A stretch of DNA of 64,000 bases from Isurus oxyrinchus (lineage: Eukaryota): the NCBI GenBank assembly GCA_026770705.1, contig JANJGN010000071.1, forward strand, positions 2,480,001 through 2,544,000. Reading direction: 5' to 3'. The position numbers and the translations under genes were made by a program. Positions within the stretch are counted from its first letter, which is position 1, and each line of letters opens with the position of its first letter. Under the pieces are notes generated by a model. The model saw nothing but the letters and a program-made list of their open reading frames with translations, ran no database searches and was not told the DNA's origin. This document shows positions 24,080 to 37,249 of the stretch, piece by piece.

Positions 24080-27000
24080 TATTGACAATTACATAAGTGC
24101 ATGGAACTGTTGAATATTTGAGTCTCTAAAGTGTGGATTTAACCTTCTGGTACACCCAGATCTTGTGCTGGTTACCTTGTCTGGAGGTGTCTTTAACTGC
24201 TCACAGTGATCTGTGGGATTGTCACCCTTGGATGTTGTTCCTGATTTCATGTGGGATCTTCTCCTCGATGGAATAGGAGCGGGAATGGATCTGATTTATC
24301 CTCAGTTCCGCCTCACCGCTGTGCCCTTGTGTGTTTGACTCCATAGGCCCTTGGTTCTGAAAAATCCTTGTCACCTCGGCTGGTGGTCATGAACCTTCTG
24401 TGGGATCCTGGATGTGAACTTGTCCCAACTGTAAACTTGGCAACTGTGCACCTCCATTTTTATCATGAACATTCCTTATCTTCTCTTGTAGTTTTAAAAG
24501 TTGCCCTCTGGTTTCTGAGAGAGTAGAATGGGTAAGAATAGCGAAATTGGTCACTACTGGCCCACCAAACATGATCTCTGTCAGTGATGCAATAAGGTGA
24601 GGTGATGGTGTAGTGGTATTGTTGCTGGACGAGTAATTCAGAGACCCAGGGTAATGTCCTGAAAATATGAGTTCAAATCCTGCCATAATAGATGATGGAA
24701 TTTGAATTTAATAAAAAGATGAAATTCAAAGTCTAGTGATGACCACAAAACCATTGTTGGAAATCCCACCTGGTTCACCAGTGCCCTTTAGGGAACAAAA
24801 TTGCCTGGCCGACATGTGACTCCAGACTCCACGTCAATGTGGTTGACTCTTACATTAGGGATGGGTAATAAATCCTGGCCTGGCCAGTGACTCCCACATC
24901 CCATGAATGAATTTAACAAAGTTGCAGTTGTAGGTGTTGATCTCAGATGTAACATTGCAATGTGTGGATCTTGCTTGGTCTGTCTACATTTGAGAATTAG
25001 GGATTTCACTGGTGTGAATCATTCATTCAGCTAGGCCGTTAGATCTGGGGTAATGAGGAGAAGAAGTTGTGTGATTGATATTCCAGATTATATGTACTCA
25101 TGTCCCTAGGCTCACCAAATAAACTGAAAATAGTGCTTAGAATGTGTGCACCAGTAGTGCTCGGTGTGTTGTGTTATTTTTGAATAACGGGATATCTGGT
25201 AAAGCTGTCGACGATGACGATGAAGTCAGTGACATGGACATGAAAGGATTCAGATGTGAATTTGGACTAAGAATAGGCAGGAATTTCCTGTGGAATCAGT
25301 GGTTCTTTGTGTTGACTTGGCTCATCCTCTTGACAAGCCTCGAACTTCCCTACAACGACTTCAAGGTCATTGTTCATACCCGGCCAGTGACTGTATCTCT
25401 TGTGAGTCTCCCTGTCTGATCTGTGCCCATGTGTGAGGGATGAAGTTGTTGAAGAATATATCATCACAAAGGTTCCGGTATGATGCGATGCCTGCCATTA
25501 AAAATGACTCCCTGGGAGATGCCTCACTTATCCTGATGAGGTCAAGTTGAATCAGCCACCCTTTCAATGATATTTCCACAGTTCCTGTAGAATTTTTCAC
25601 TGTTCCCTCTTGTAGCTGCTGGCATTTCTGTTGTGCTAAATGTACTGGATCAATTGACAGACTTGCATTCTCCTGCAGGTGTAATGTTGCAGCTCCCTTG
25701 AAACTACAAATACTGTTGAAACTTTCTGCATATTTCAATGTTATGTCCATGAACTGAGTTGATGGGGTAGTTTCTGAGGTTGACCCATGTCAGGTCTGAC
25801 AGATTCCATGGATAGTCACTAGTGTGAGGTCACCGCATGCCGGTAGACTTGCAATTGCTCAGCCTTTAGTCTCCACAATGTAGAACATCTGTGACACCCA
25901 GGAGGATTGATTGTACTTGCACCCCAAGACTATGGATTCCGCACATGGAGTTGGTGAAGTGTTGTACACAGCAGTAGGTTTCCCCATGGACTTCCATGTC
26001 CTTGGATATATGTCTTTGAAAATTTGCTGGGGTGGGCTGGGGGAGGGGAATGTTGGCACTTGCCCTTGTGTCACTCTTGGCCAATAAAGGGGAGGTAGCC
26101 ACTTTCTCAGGGCAGATAATTGGAATCTTGGCCAATAGTGCGGGTGATGTGACAGCATCTGTTCTCCGTGAGATCGATGGTGTAAAAGGTGTGAAATTGT
26201 TCAACAATTGCACAAAACGTTGAGCACAAATGTTGCACAAACTCTAGGCCGGGGTTTTCCGGCCCGGTCATGGTGGGACCTGCCTTGGGAGATTGGGACA
26301 AATATAAATCCATTGGCTTTCGGCCGGACCGGACAATCCTGGCAGTGGGTGGGGCCAGAAAATCCTACCACTATGGGACATTTTCAGTTTATTTGATGTG
26401 CCCAGAGAGATCATTAAGGACAACAATCCACAATTTATTGGCAAGCCACGACAGGATATGTGTGAGAGGTGGAATATCGATCACCGCACCTCGTGTCGCC
26501 GTGCACATCCTCGCCATTTCCTGGTTTGTCAGTCACCACATGTATATGTTCCTGATGGGATAGCGGATGGTCATTCTTATTGATTGAAGGTTCCCCGTTG
26601 TGTAGGGTCTGTTTGGATCAGCGCACGGCTCTTTGCAGCTGCATCAGCCTTTGCTCTAGTGCTCTGCCGCTGTCACTGGCCCTTTCTGCCACAAGCCTTG
26701 CAGGATTGGTGGAAAGCTGGGCATTTCCTTGGTGCCTGCAGAAGGCCACACCTTCCACACGTCTCACTAGGTTTGGATGTTCTAGTGAGTGTGTCAACAA
26801 TTGATGTTGTACTGAGGACCTGTAAGCTTCGTTGACCTGCGAGGATCACTTCGTATTTATGTCCATCCTTGAGTAGCTCTTCAATGCTATAGGTTTTGGT
26901 CTTATCTAGCAGATCTTTCTGGAAGGCTTCCATGGGAGTGGATGCGATCACCAACTCAACAACTGTGTCTGCAGGCTCTGTGTTTGAAATCACAGTGCGT

Positions 27001-28020
27001 ACCCTTTTCTCTACATCGGCTGATGAAGTGGTCTATGGATTGTGTAGGCTGATGAAATGACATAAACTCTAGTTGATGAATATGGAGTTTCACCTGATTC
27101 TGAACCTGTCTTCCAATATCGTCCATATCTATTGGGGATCCTTTCGCTCTTCTGCTGTTAATCCTGACGTGTTCAGCCTGTGTAGACCTTCATTCCCAAT
27201 CACGAGGTGAATTTTTATGGCTTGTTCGTCTGGTTCAGTCACACCTGAATCAGGAAACCAGAGCTCTGTACGCTGTTTAAACATTCTGAATTCAGATAGT
27301 CGGTCAGCTACATCACAGTTCAAACTGGGGAATTTTGTGGACATTCTGACAATATTCCTTTGACCTTCCTTCTCCTACAGGACCTGGGATGAGTGTCGCT
27401 TTAGCCCCTTTCGTGCGCTTTTCCGAAGCTCCGCCCACGAAGATGGGTTGTGGCAGGAACACACCACGGAGTAATGGAGTCTTTGTTTTTTATTCAATTT
27501 GCTGTTCAGCAATCTCGAAGCCGCCCGTTATAATCACTAACTTCTCTGGGCTGATTTTTATAATGGTTTTTGTGTGTTTGACTCTCCCTCGCTCACTATC
27601 GATCCAGCCCACACCCTGGTCACTCGCCTTCCCTGACTGAGCTAACCCGCTGCTGGTCCTGGCGATACACACTGTCCCACTCACTGACCTACAGGCCGTG
27701 TGCTGTAATCTCACCACGAGGGATCCGTCTGCTCCCCAGCTCTTTACTTGAGCTCTTTCCCGTCACTGTGTCTTCAAAGGTTTCCTGAGCAGTCAGTACA
27801 CTGCGATTTCAACCCTCTCTGATGCTGTGTCTCTGTTGTGGTCTGACCAAAGCGTCGAGGGTCGTCTCATGTCATGTAGCTCGATCTCAGGCTGTTCACC
27901 ATGTCATACCTGTACTGAATCTTGCGGCCAGAATGTTTGGCCACCGCTGATCACCATGTTGTGTTTTTATAATGATATAAAGGCACCAGCCACTGATACG
28001 GAATTGGGTAAATACATTGT
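24080..28020 (-). mobile_element. Mirror copy of the degenerate Gypsy element at 4100-8050
   Basis: ORFs 27129..27344, 26673..26993, 25866..26240 and 24788..25009 mirror the left-arm remnants. Confidence 0.8.
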
Positions 28021-30797
28021 GGGTTCAGTTATTTAGAATGGGGACATGAGAACAGATATACAAGGATAGAAAGCTGGGAGACACCTGCAGCCAAACTGTG
28101 TGAGCTGTGTTCTGCTCACAGGCCAAAGTGAAACTTGGACTGGATGGTGTTATCATCCCAGCTGATGTTACTACTGGGCAAGTCAGATCCCAGGGTGGAA
28201 CTCAGCTTGATAGGTCCTAACTTTTATTTTTTATTTAGGAATGTGGAGTGCTGCTACTGAACAGAGTCACAGGAATCATCTGATGACCTTCTAACAAAAG
28301 AATAAAACATTTATTAAACTAGGAAAGACAAACTATATTACATTACTCCTTCACCCAGACCTATACCTTTACAGATTCATAAGTAGAATACAAGTTACAA
28401 TAACTATCTTATACTCTCATGTTCACACTAAGTACACAGTTCATGCAAACCAATAGACGACCTGGTGTCAGGGACACCACATTCTGTAACCAAGTGATAG
28501 ACCCCAATTGGAACAAATGCTATGGGTTTCAGCTCAACTGACTCCAGACACTTGTTTCACCATGAGGCAACTGGTCTTACAAAACTGTATCTTTCACATG
28601 AGAGTTTCCAATCTCTACTCGTCAAGTGCTCTCTTTGGAATCTTCTCCAACATGACACTTTCACTCAGAGACCTTCCACAAGGGTCCACTTCCACGATTT
28701 CAAACTCTCCTTCCCATGTTCCTGCCCCCTGGATCGCCACATGCATTCAGCCTTCCTTCTACGCGTTGTCTCTCCAATGCTCAGTCATGCCAATGGAACA
28801 CCATGGCTTCACATGGTCATAGTAAGAAGACATCAACATTTAGCTGTCTCCTATGATCTTCTGGCTTCTAATCAGCCTTTTTTGCTTTAGGTCTGTGTCC
28901 TTTTGCTTTTTCTCTTTTAGCTTGGATCCCTCCTCTGCTCCTCAATCTTATCTCGACTTAACAGGACCTTTTTCAGATTCCTGATCTTCTTTGGAGTAGA
29001 AGGTCTTCTTGGCTCTTTCTCCTGTTCCACTCGATAGTTTTGGCTTCTTCTTTACTTTGGGACTGACTATCTGTCCCGCTCCTTTGCTGCTTCTCCTGGC
29101 AACTCCTTTCAACCAAACTGAAAGCACATTTCTGTTTTTCTCTGTCTCTATGGGTCCATCCCTCTGGATCACTGTTGCTTAGCAATAGCACAGTTTCTTA
29201 CACCTTGTGTTTGTTTTGACTTTCCTTCAAGAGACATCAAACCCCATTAGATTGCTAAACGAAAATGAAACCAAAACTGAAGTTTCACCCTTTCTTAACA
29301 CACAAATACAGAAATCAAACTAAACTTGAACTTAAACATATACCTTATCCCTAACACACACAAATACACATAGAACTTACTTAAGCTATACCCAATTCCT
29401 AAAATCACATGACACACTTCCCCTCGAGTGATGTCATGCTGCTGTCCCTGAAAGGCATATTACAACAGTGTTATCACTTGGCAGGTGATGTGTGCCAGGC
29501 AGACCAAGTCCCTGAGAGAAAGATGGTCACATGATCATAATGATTTTGCAATTTGTATTTATTATGAGATGTGTGCACTGAATTCAGAAGCAATAATTAC
29601 ATAAAGACCTTTAGCGATTTGAAAATTAAATTAAAATACTTGCTCTCAAAATAAATGATTTGAAGCACATACATAACTCTACAATTACCACTATAATAAT
29701 TCTTAAAATTCTGAATTAAACTGACTCCCAGTTACACTCCCTTTAAGGCAACGGTCCAAAAATAGACTTTATATTTAAAACAAACCCAGCAAGTTAACAC
29801 AATATAAAAGCAATACCCTGCACAGAGGAATTCCAAGTGGCTTTTCCCCAACTTCAGTTCTGTTGGATAGCAGGCTTGTGCACAAATGCTAGAGGTTTCA
29901 TTAAGACTATATCACACACTCGTGTTAGATCTTACATGGCATTCTGACACATAGCCTTTCATTCTCCCTGATAGATATATATTTCTCTCTTTGTAACATG
30001 AAAATTCTATTGTTCCATATGTTTTTGAAACTGTATCTTCCACATAACAAACTCTTTCGTGGTGCCCATATTGCCAGGAGCCTTTGAGAAAAATAAACAC
30101 ATTCCTTAGTCTTGCTTATCTGGCTAGTTGTAAACAAGCTAAGATTCCTTTGAAATCCAACAACCCCTTCATTGATAGAAAAATGCAAATTCTCGTCATA
30201 CCTTCCATGCTAAGCAGCATCCATGTTTCCTCAATAGCATGTCAAGCACCTAGCTCCTTTTGATCATTTTAAACTTCCAATCTAATTAACTCCAAATGTA
30301 CTTAAATCACATGCAGACCCATCATGCGTACCCCCATAAACCTACTTCACAATATACTATAAAATATTATGAAAATTATTATACTTACATCACAATAGGA
30401 ACCACTGCCTTAGACACTGAGGATCTAGGACAGCTAGGCCAATTCATGATTCATGATGGTGATAATGGGGGAATTCTGAAGGCTCCTAATCCATTGTCCT
30501 ACGTTGTAAATCAGCAGTGAACTCACTTCAATTAGTGTGTCTTGTAGACACTGTGTTGGGTGGCAGACTGACTTCACTAAATAGGTACCTGAGGGTCATG
30601 AGCCAATGTAGAATGAACTTGTCCACTCCTGTGTCCGGAATTCTCTTCAATCTGTTGTGAAACCTTGGGGCATTCATTGTGTGACCTGTGGATTATCCAG
30701 ACTGCAGCCTGTGTGCCCCAGTGATGGAGGGGGTGGATATTGAGTCTAGTGGATTGAGAAAACATTCAGAGTTAAATATTGATATTTCTCTCCCTAG

Positions 30798-31172
30798 TTG
30801 GACTATCACAAGTGTGGAAAGGTGACACTCCAGGAGAGGTGACAGCGCACGAAGGTTCGTGTGTACAGATTCCATGTAATTACAGTTATCCATCATATTT
30901 AGTAGCGAGATCACCAGTCGGAATCTGGTATATGAGAAGGAATTGGGAAAAATGGAATGAACGGTCTATAGCCTTTCACTCCAAGGATCATAATCGCGAG
31001 TTACCACAGTTCCACCATCGGACCCAGCTGTCTGGAGACCTGAAAGATGGCGACTGTTCCCTGATTATAAACAACATCAGACGGGAAGATGCAGGATATT
31101 ATTTATTCAGCCTAGAATTTGACAACAGGAATAGATACAACGACCGTCCTGAAACCCAGCTTCACGTTTCTG
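30798..31172 (+). CDS. Siglec-like V-set exon V1, essential Arg replaced by Ser (YYLFSLE)
   Basis: Acceptor ctctccctag, donor g|gtaagt, 375 nt open, phase 1-1, Siglec Cys pattern. Confidence 0.9.
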
Positions 31173-31419
31173 GTAAGTGCTGTGTTATAATTACTCAACA
31201 ATTCACATCCAACACTCAATGGGAAATAATAGTGTTTGATTTGCTTGTTTTTTGGCCGTGTTAACCAGCGCCACTATTTTTAATGATTTGTCTATTTCTG
31301 CTCCCAGATCCATAAGCTTATTGTGTGTGATTGAATCCACATCATAGCTGTAACATAAACCGAGCTGAGGGGTGATGACACCTCCCCCCTGAGTGAAGTA
31401 TCTCCTCCCCACTACACCT

Positions 31420-33180
31420 TCCACCCCTCACACTGTCCGTGTAAACCCCCGTCCCATCTCCAGCCTCTCTTTCCCCTCCAAAGTCCTGCAACCTGTTTCC
31501 ATCTCCCGAATCTGTTCCCATCTTTCCCGGAACTCCATGTTTGAATCCCTCCAATCAGGTTCCCACCCCAGCCACTGTGCTGAAACAGCTCTTATCAAGG
31601 TCACAAATGGCATCCTGTGTGACTGTGACAAAGGTCAACTTTCCCTCCTCGTCCTTCTCGATCTGTCTGCAGCCTTTGACACGCTCGACCACACCATCCT
31701 CCTCCAACACCTCTCCACTGTCGTCCAGCTGGGTGGGACTGCTCTCCCCTGGCTCCATTCTTATCCATCTCATCGTAGCCAGAGAATCACTTGCAATGGC
31801 TTTGCAGCATCATCTGAACAGTGTTGGTTTTCACCTGTCCACTGAGGATCCCCAGCTCTACCTCACCACCACCTCTCTCGACTCCTCCACTGCTGCTAAA
31901 TTATCAGGCTGCTTATCCGACATCCAGTACTGGATGGGCAGAAATTCCCTCCAATTAAATATTGGAAAGACTGAAGCCATTGTCTTCATTCCCCGCTCCA
32001 AACTCTGTTCCCTCGCTACCAACTCCATTCCTCTCCCTGGCAGCTCTCTGAGATTGAAGCCAATCTGTTCACAGCTTTGTTGTCCCATTTGATCCTGAGA
32101 TGAGCTTCCGGCCTCCTATCTGCGCCCTCACTAACACCGTCTATTTCCACCTCCGTAACATCGCACGACGTCACCCTGTCTCAGCTCATCTGCTGCTGAA
32201 ACCCTCATCCGCGCCTTCATTACCTCCAGTCTCGACTGTTCCAACACACGCTCTACACTCCATAAACTTGAGGCCATCCAAAACTGCTGACCACGTCCTT
32301 ACTCACACCAAGTCCCGTTCCCTTATCACCCGCTCTGCTCGATGACAGAGACTGGCTCCTGGTCAAGCAAAATGTCAACGTCCAAATTTTCATCTTTGTT
32401 TCCTCACTATCCCTGTAATCTTCTCGTCCTCCTCCAGTACCTACAACCATCCCATTCTCTGTAACCTCTTCAAGCCTCTACCGCTTCCCTATATCTGTAA
32501 ATTCATCCTGCCCAACAAACCTACCAATCTCTGCAACCTCCTCCAGCCACAACAAACCTCCCTATTTCTGTAACTTCCTCCTGCCCCTAAAAGCTTCCCT
32601 ATCTCTGTAGCCTGCTCCAGTCCCGACAACTTTCCCTGCCCCTGTAACCTGCCCCAGTCACTACAACCCTCCCGACCTCTGCAAACTCCTCCAGACTCTA
32701 CACTCTCCCAATCTCTCTTAACTTTTCCAGCCCCTACAAACCTCCCTATCGCTATAACTCATCCAATCACTACAAACCTCGCTATCTCTGTAACCTCCTC
32801 CAGCCCCTACAACCCTCCCTATCTCTGTAACCTCCTCCAGACCCACCAACCTTCAGAGGTCTCTGCGCTCCTCCAATTCCAGCCTCTTGACCATCCCCCG
32901 ATCTCAACACTCTAACATCGGTGGCCATGCCTTCAGCTGCCTGGGGACCGAGCTCCGTAATACCCTCCCTTAAGCCCTCTCCATCCCTCACACTCACTCT
33001 CTCTCTCTCACTAACCATTTCATCCCTCTTTTAAGTTTCTCCATAACACCGATCCCTTCTGGTCAGCTGTCGCTAATATCTCCACATGTGTCTGCGTGAC
33101 ATACTTTGTTTTATGACGCTCCTGTGTAGCACCTTGGGGTGATTTGTCATGTTAAAGTTGTTGTGAAAATATAAGTTGTT
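31420..33180 (+). mobile_element. L2-clade LINE 3' part with embedded 37-bp minisatellite (32410-32850)
   Basis: RT motifs LLDLSAAFDT, LNIGKTE and FHLRNIAR, followed by L2-type 3' sequence. Confidence 0.8.
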
Positions 33181-33299
33181 GCCCTTTGACCCTCGACCCC
33201 AGATTGAGTCTTATTTTTGAGGGAATGTACAACCTGCTTAGATTTCTGACCAAAGTGTCATTTGATTATTTTTATTGAGCGAATGCCAAGCCCCGATAC

Positions 33300-33665
33300 C
33301 GAGCGAGAGCCTCCTCATTTGCTGAGTTTAAGGTGATGAGTCAGCCCCTTAGTCCGTAGAGGGGATTCTCCTCGGTAATGTACAGCCTTGTTTGTGTCTC
33401 TCCACAAGCGCATGAGGGATTTGTACAGAGGCTGCAGCGCTGGAGGGGGTCTGCACAGGGGTCCTGGCCTGTCCTGAGCTGGTTTTAGCAAGGACCACTC
33501 TGGCCTTGGCAGCTGAAAGCCAGCCATTGGACAGACAGGGCCTGTCACAAGGAGCCTGTTAGTCACTCCCCCCCGTGTCTCCTGTGCTCGGATCCAGACC
33601 ATGTTGGCTGGTGGATCTGGCTCAGGAAGGGTCCTCCCCATGGGACCCCCAGATGGAAGGTGGGT
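33300..33665 (-). mobile_element. Non-LTR retrotransposon C-terminal fragment (second copy ~35610-35970)
   Basis: Frameshifted GFQLPRPEWSLL..QLRTGQ..CACGETQT..I resembles the C-terminal zinc-knuckle region of RTE-X/I-like LINEs; clade uncertain. Confidence 0.5.
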
Positions 33666-33719
33666 CGAGCGGGTCAGTCACTTGCATGTTTATTCTGCAG
33701 TTTTAATATTTTAAGAAGG

Positions 33720-34455
33720 TAAGAATGTAGGAACATAAGAAATAGGGACAGGAGCAGGCCATTCGGCCCCTCGAGCCTGCCCTCGCTGATCTGGTTGTGG
33801 CCTTAACTCCATTTTCTTGCCTGTCCCCCAAACCCTTGACTCCCTTGTCGATCAAAAACCTGCCTCACTCAGCCTTGAGTCTATTCAATGGCCCAGCCTC
33901 CACTGCTCTCTGGGGAAGAGAATTCCACAGGCTAGCGCCCCTCTGAGAGAGGAAATTCCTCCTCATCTCAGTCTTAAATGGGAGAGTCCTCATTCCGAAA
34001 CTGTGCTCCCTGGTTCTAGATTCCCCCACGAGGGGGAAACATCCTCCCAGCATCCACCCTGTCAAGCCCCCTCGGAATTGGATATGTTTCAATAAGGTCA
34101 CCCCTCATTCTTCTAAACTCCAATGGATACAGGCCCAACCTGCTCAACATTTCCTCACAGGACAAACCCTTTAGTCCCAGGAATCAGCCCAGTGAAGCTT
34201 CTCTGAACTGCCTGTACACAATGATCCTGTTACAATCTCACTAACGCCCTGTGCAGCTGTTGCAAGACTTCCCTCCTTTTATACTCCATCCCTTTGCAAT
34301 AAAGGCCAACATTCCACTTGCCTTCCTCATTCCGTGGTGTTCCTGAATGCTGACTTTCTGTGATTCATGTACAAGGACACCCAGATCCCTCTGTACTGCA
34401 TTCTGCAGCCTGTCTCCATTTAAATAATATCCTGTTTTTCTATTCTTCCTGCCAA
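33720..34455 (-). mobile_element. CR1-clade LINE 3' fragment (second copy ~36030-36765)
   Basis: QRDLGVLVHESQK..KASGMLAFI and RNFLSQRGASLWNSLPQRAVEA. Confidence 0.85.
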
Positions 34456-34576
34456 AATAATTTGTTGCCATTCTCCTCAGTATTGACCATCCCCCCAATT
34501 CAGCCTCATCTGTAAATTATGAGTCTAGTGGATCCACAAACCATCCAGAGATAAATATTGAGATTTCTCTCCCCAG

Positions 34577-34945
34577 TTGGACTGTCACAAGAGTGGAAAG
34601 GTGACACTCCACGAGAGGTGACAGCGCAGGAAGGTTCGTGTGTACAGATTCCATGTCATTACAGTTATCCATCGTGTCTGGAAAACCAACCGCGAGGTGG
34701 ACTCTGGTTTAATAATGAGAAACAGATTCCCTGGGCTCCCATTGCCTTTCACTCCAAGGATCACAGTCACGAGTTACCACGGTTCCACCATCGGACCCGG
34801 CTGTCTGGAGACCTGAAAGATGGCGACTGTTCCCTGATTATAAACAACATCACATGGGAAGATGCAGGACCTTATTTTTTCAGAATAGAATTTGACAATG
34901 GTCCGAGCCATAACTATTACCCTGTAACCCAGGTTCACGTTTCTG
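34577..34945 (+). CDS. Siglec-like V-set exon V2, Arg present (PYFFRIE)
   Basis: Acceptor ctctccccag, donor g|gtaagt, 369 nt open, phase 1-1. Confidence 0.9.
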
Positions 34946-36883
34946 GTAAGTGCTGTGTTATAATTACTCAACAATTCACATTCAACACTCAATGGGAAAT
35001 AACACAAACTGTGACGTTTACATATTAACACAAAACACAGGTTATTATAACACACTGTCTGATTCTCAATAACCTGGTGATAGCTTCCAGTTCAGTCCTA
35101 AAGCAACCTCTAATACTCACTTTAATATCAATGATTAAATGTGTTGACTGTGTCTATCAATGTTATCAGTTTATCCACTCCCATCAATCTCTCAAATCCT
35201 GTCTTGAAGTCTGACATATCGACAGAAGAAAGATTTACATTTCTACAGCGCCTTTCACCACCCTAGACTTCCCACCCTAAACCTCTCCCTCTCCCTCTTC
35301 CTCTCCCTCTCTCTCTCTCTCTCTCTGTCTCTTTCTCTCTGTCTCTCCATAACACCGACCTCTTCTGGTCAGCTGTCGCTAATATCTCCACATGTGTCTG
35401 GGTGACATACTTTGTTTTATGACGCTCCTGTGTAGCACCTTGAGGTGATTTGTCATGTTAAAGTTGTTGTGAAAATATAAGTTGTTGCCCTTTGACTCTC
35501 GACCCCAGATCGAGTCTTATTTTTGAGGGAATGTACAACCTCCTTAGATTTCTGACCAAAATGTCATTTGATTATTTTTATTGAGCGAATGCCAAGCCCC
35601 GATACCGAGCGAGAGCCTCCTCATTTGCTGAGTTTAGGGTGATGAGTCAGCACCTTAGTCTGTAGAGGGGATTCTCCTCGGTAATGAGCAGCCTTGTTTG
35701 TGTCTCTCCACAAGCGCATGAGGGGTTTGTACAGAGGCTGCAGCGCTGGAGGGGGTCTGCACAGGGGTCCTGGCCTGTCCTGAGCCGGTTTTAGCAAGGA
35801 CAACTCTGGCCTTGGCAGCTGAAAGCCAGCCATTGGACAGACGGGGCCTGTCACAAGGAGCCTGTTAGTCACTCCCCCCCCGTGTCTCCTGTGCTCGGAT
35901 CCAGACCATGTTGGCTGGTGGATCTGGCTCAGGAAGGGTCCTCCCCATGGGACCCCCAGATGGAAGGTGGGTCGAGCGGGTCAGTCACTTGCATGTTTAT
36001 TCTGCAGCTTTAATATTTTAAGAAGGTAAGAATGTAGGAACATAAGAAATAGGGACAGGAGCAGGCCATTCGGCCCCTCGAGCCTGCTCTCACTGATCTG
36101 GTTGTGGCCTTAACTCCATTTTCCTGCCTGTCCCCCAAACCCTTGACTCTCTTGTCGATCAAAAACCTGCCTCACTCAGCCTTGAGTCTATTCAATGGCC
36201 CAGCCTCCACTGCTCTCTGGGGAAGAGAATTCCACAGGCTAGCGCCCCTCTGAGAGAGGAAATTCCTCCTCATCTCAGTCTTAAATGGGAGAGCCCTCAT
36301 TCTGAAACTGTGCTCCCTGGTTCTAGATTCCCCCACGAGGGGGAAACATCCTCCCAGCATCCACCCTGTCAAGCCCCCTCGGAATCGGATATGTTTCAAT
36401 AAGGTCACCCCTCATTCTTCTAAACTCCAATGGATACAGGCCCAACCTGCTCAACATTTCCTCACAGGACAAACCCTTTAATCCCAGGAATCAGCCCAGT
36501 GAAGCTTCTCTGAACTGCCTGTACACAATTATCCTGTTACAATCTCACTAACGCCCTGTGTAGCTGTTGCAAGACTTCCCTCCTTTTATACTCCATCCCT
36601 TTGCAATAAAGGCCAACATTCCACTTGCCTTCCTCATTCCGTGTTGTTCCTGAATGCTGACTTTCTGTGATTCATGTACCAGGACACCCAGATCCCTCTG
36701 TACTGCATACTGCAGCCTGTCACCATTTAAATTATATCCTGTTTTTCTATTCTTCCTGACAATATAATTTGTTGCCATTCTCCTCAGTATTGACCATCCC
36801 CCCAATTCAGCCTCATCTGTAAATATCGGGTTCAGTGGATCCACAAACCATTCAGAGTTAAATATTGAGATTTCTCTCCCCAG

Positions 36884-37249
36884 CTGAACCCTCACAAGAG
36901 TGGAAAGGTGACACTCCACGAGAGGTGACAGTGCAGGAAGGTTCGTGTGTACAGATTCCATGTCATTATAGTTATCCATCATGTCTGGAAAACCAACCGC
37001 GAGGTGGAGTCTGGCTTAATAATGAGGAATGGAGAACATCGTCTATAGCCTTTCACTCCAAGGATCACAGTCACGAGTTACCACGGTTCCACCATCGGAC
37101 CCGGCTGTCTGGAGACCTGAAAGATGGCGACTGTTCCCTGATTATAAACAACATCACATGGGAAGATGCAGGACCTTATTTTTTCAGAATAGAATTTGAC
37201 AATGGTCCGAGCCATAACTATTACCCTGTAACCCAGGTTCACGTTTCTG
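36884..37249 (+). CDS. Siglec-like V-set exon V3, Arg present (PYFFRIE)
   Basis: Acceptor ctctccccag, donor g|gtaagt, 366 nt open, phase 1-1. Confidence 0.9.

Larger units (their letters stand above)
22301..32137. repeat. Right arm of inverted segmental duplication
   Basis: Reverse complement of 1-9818. Confidence 0.95.
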
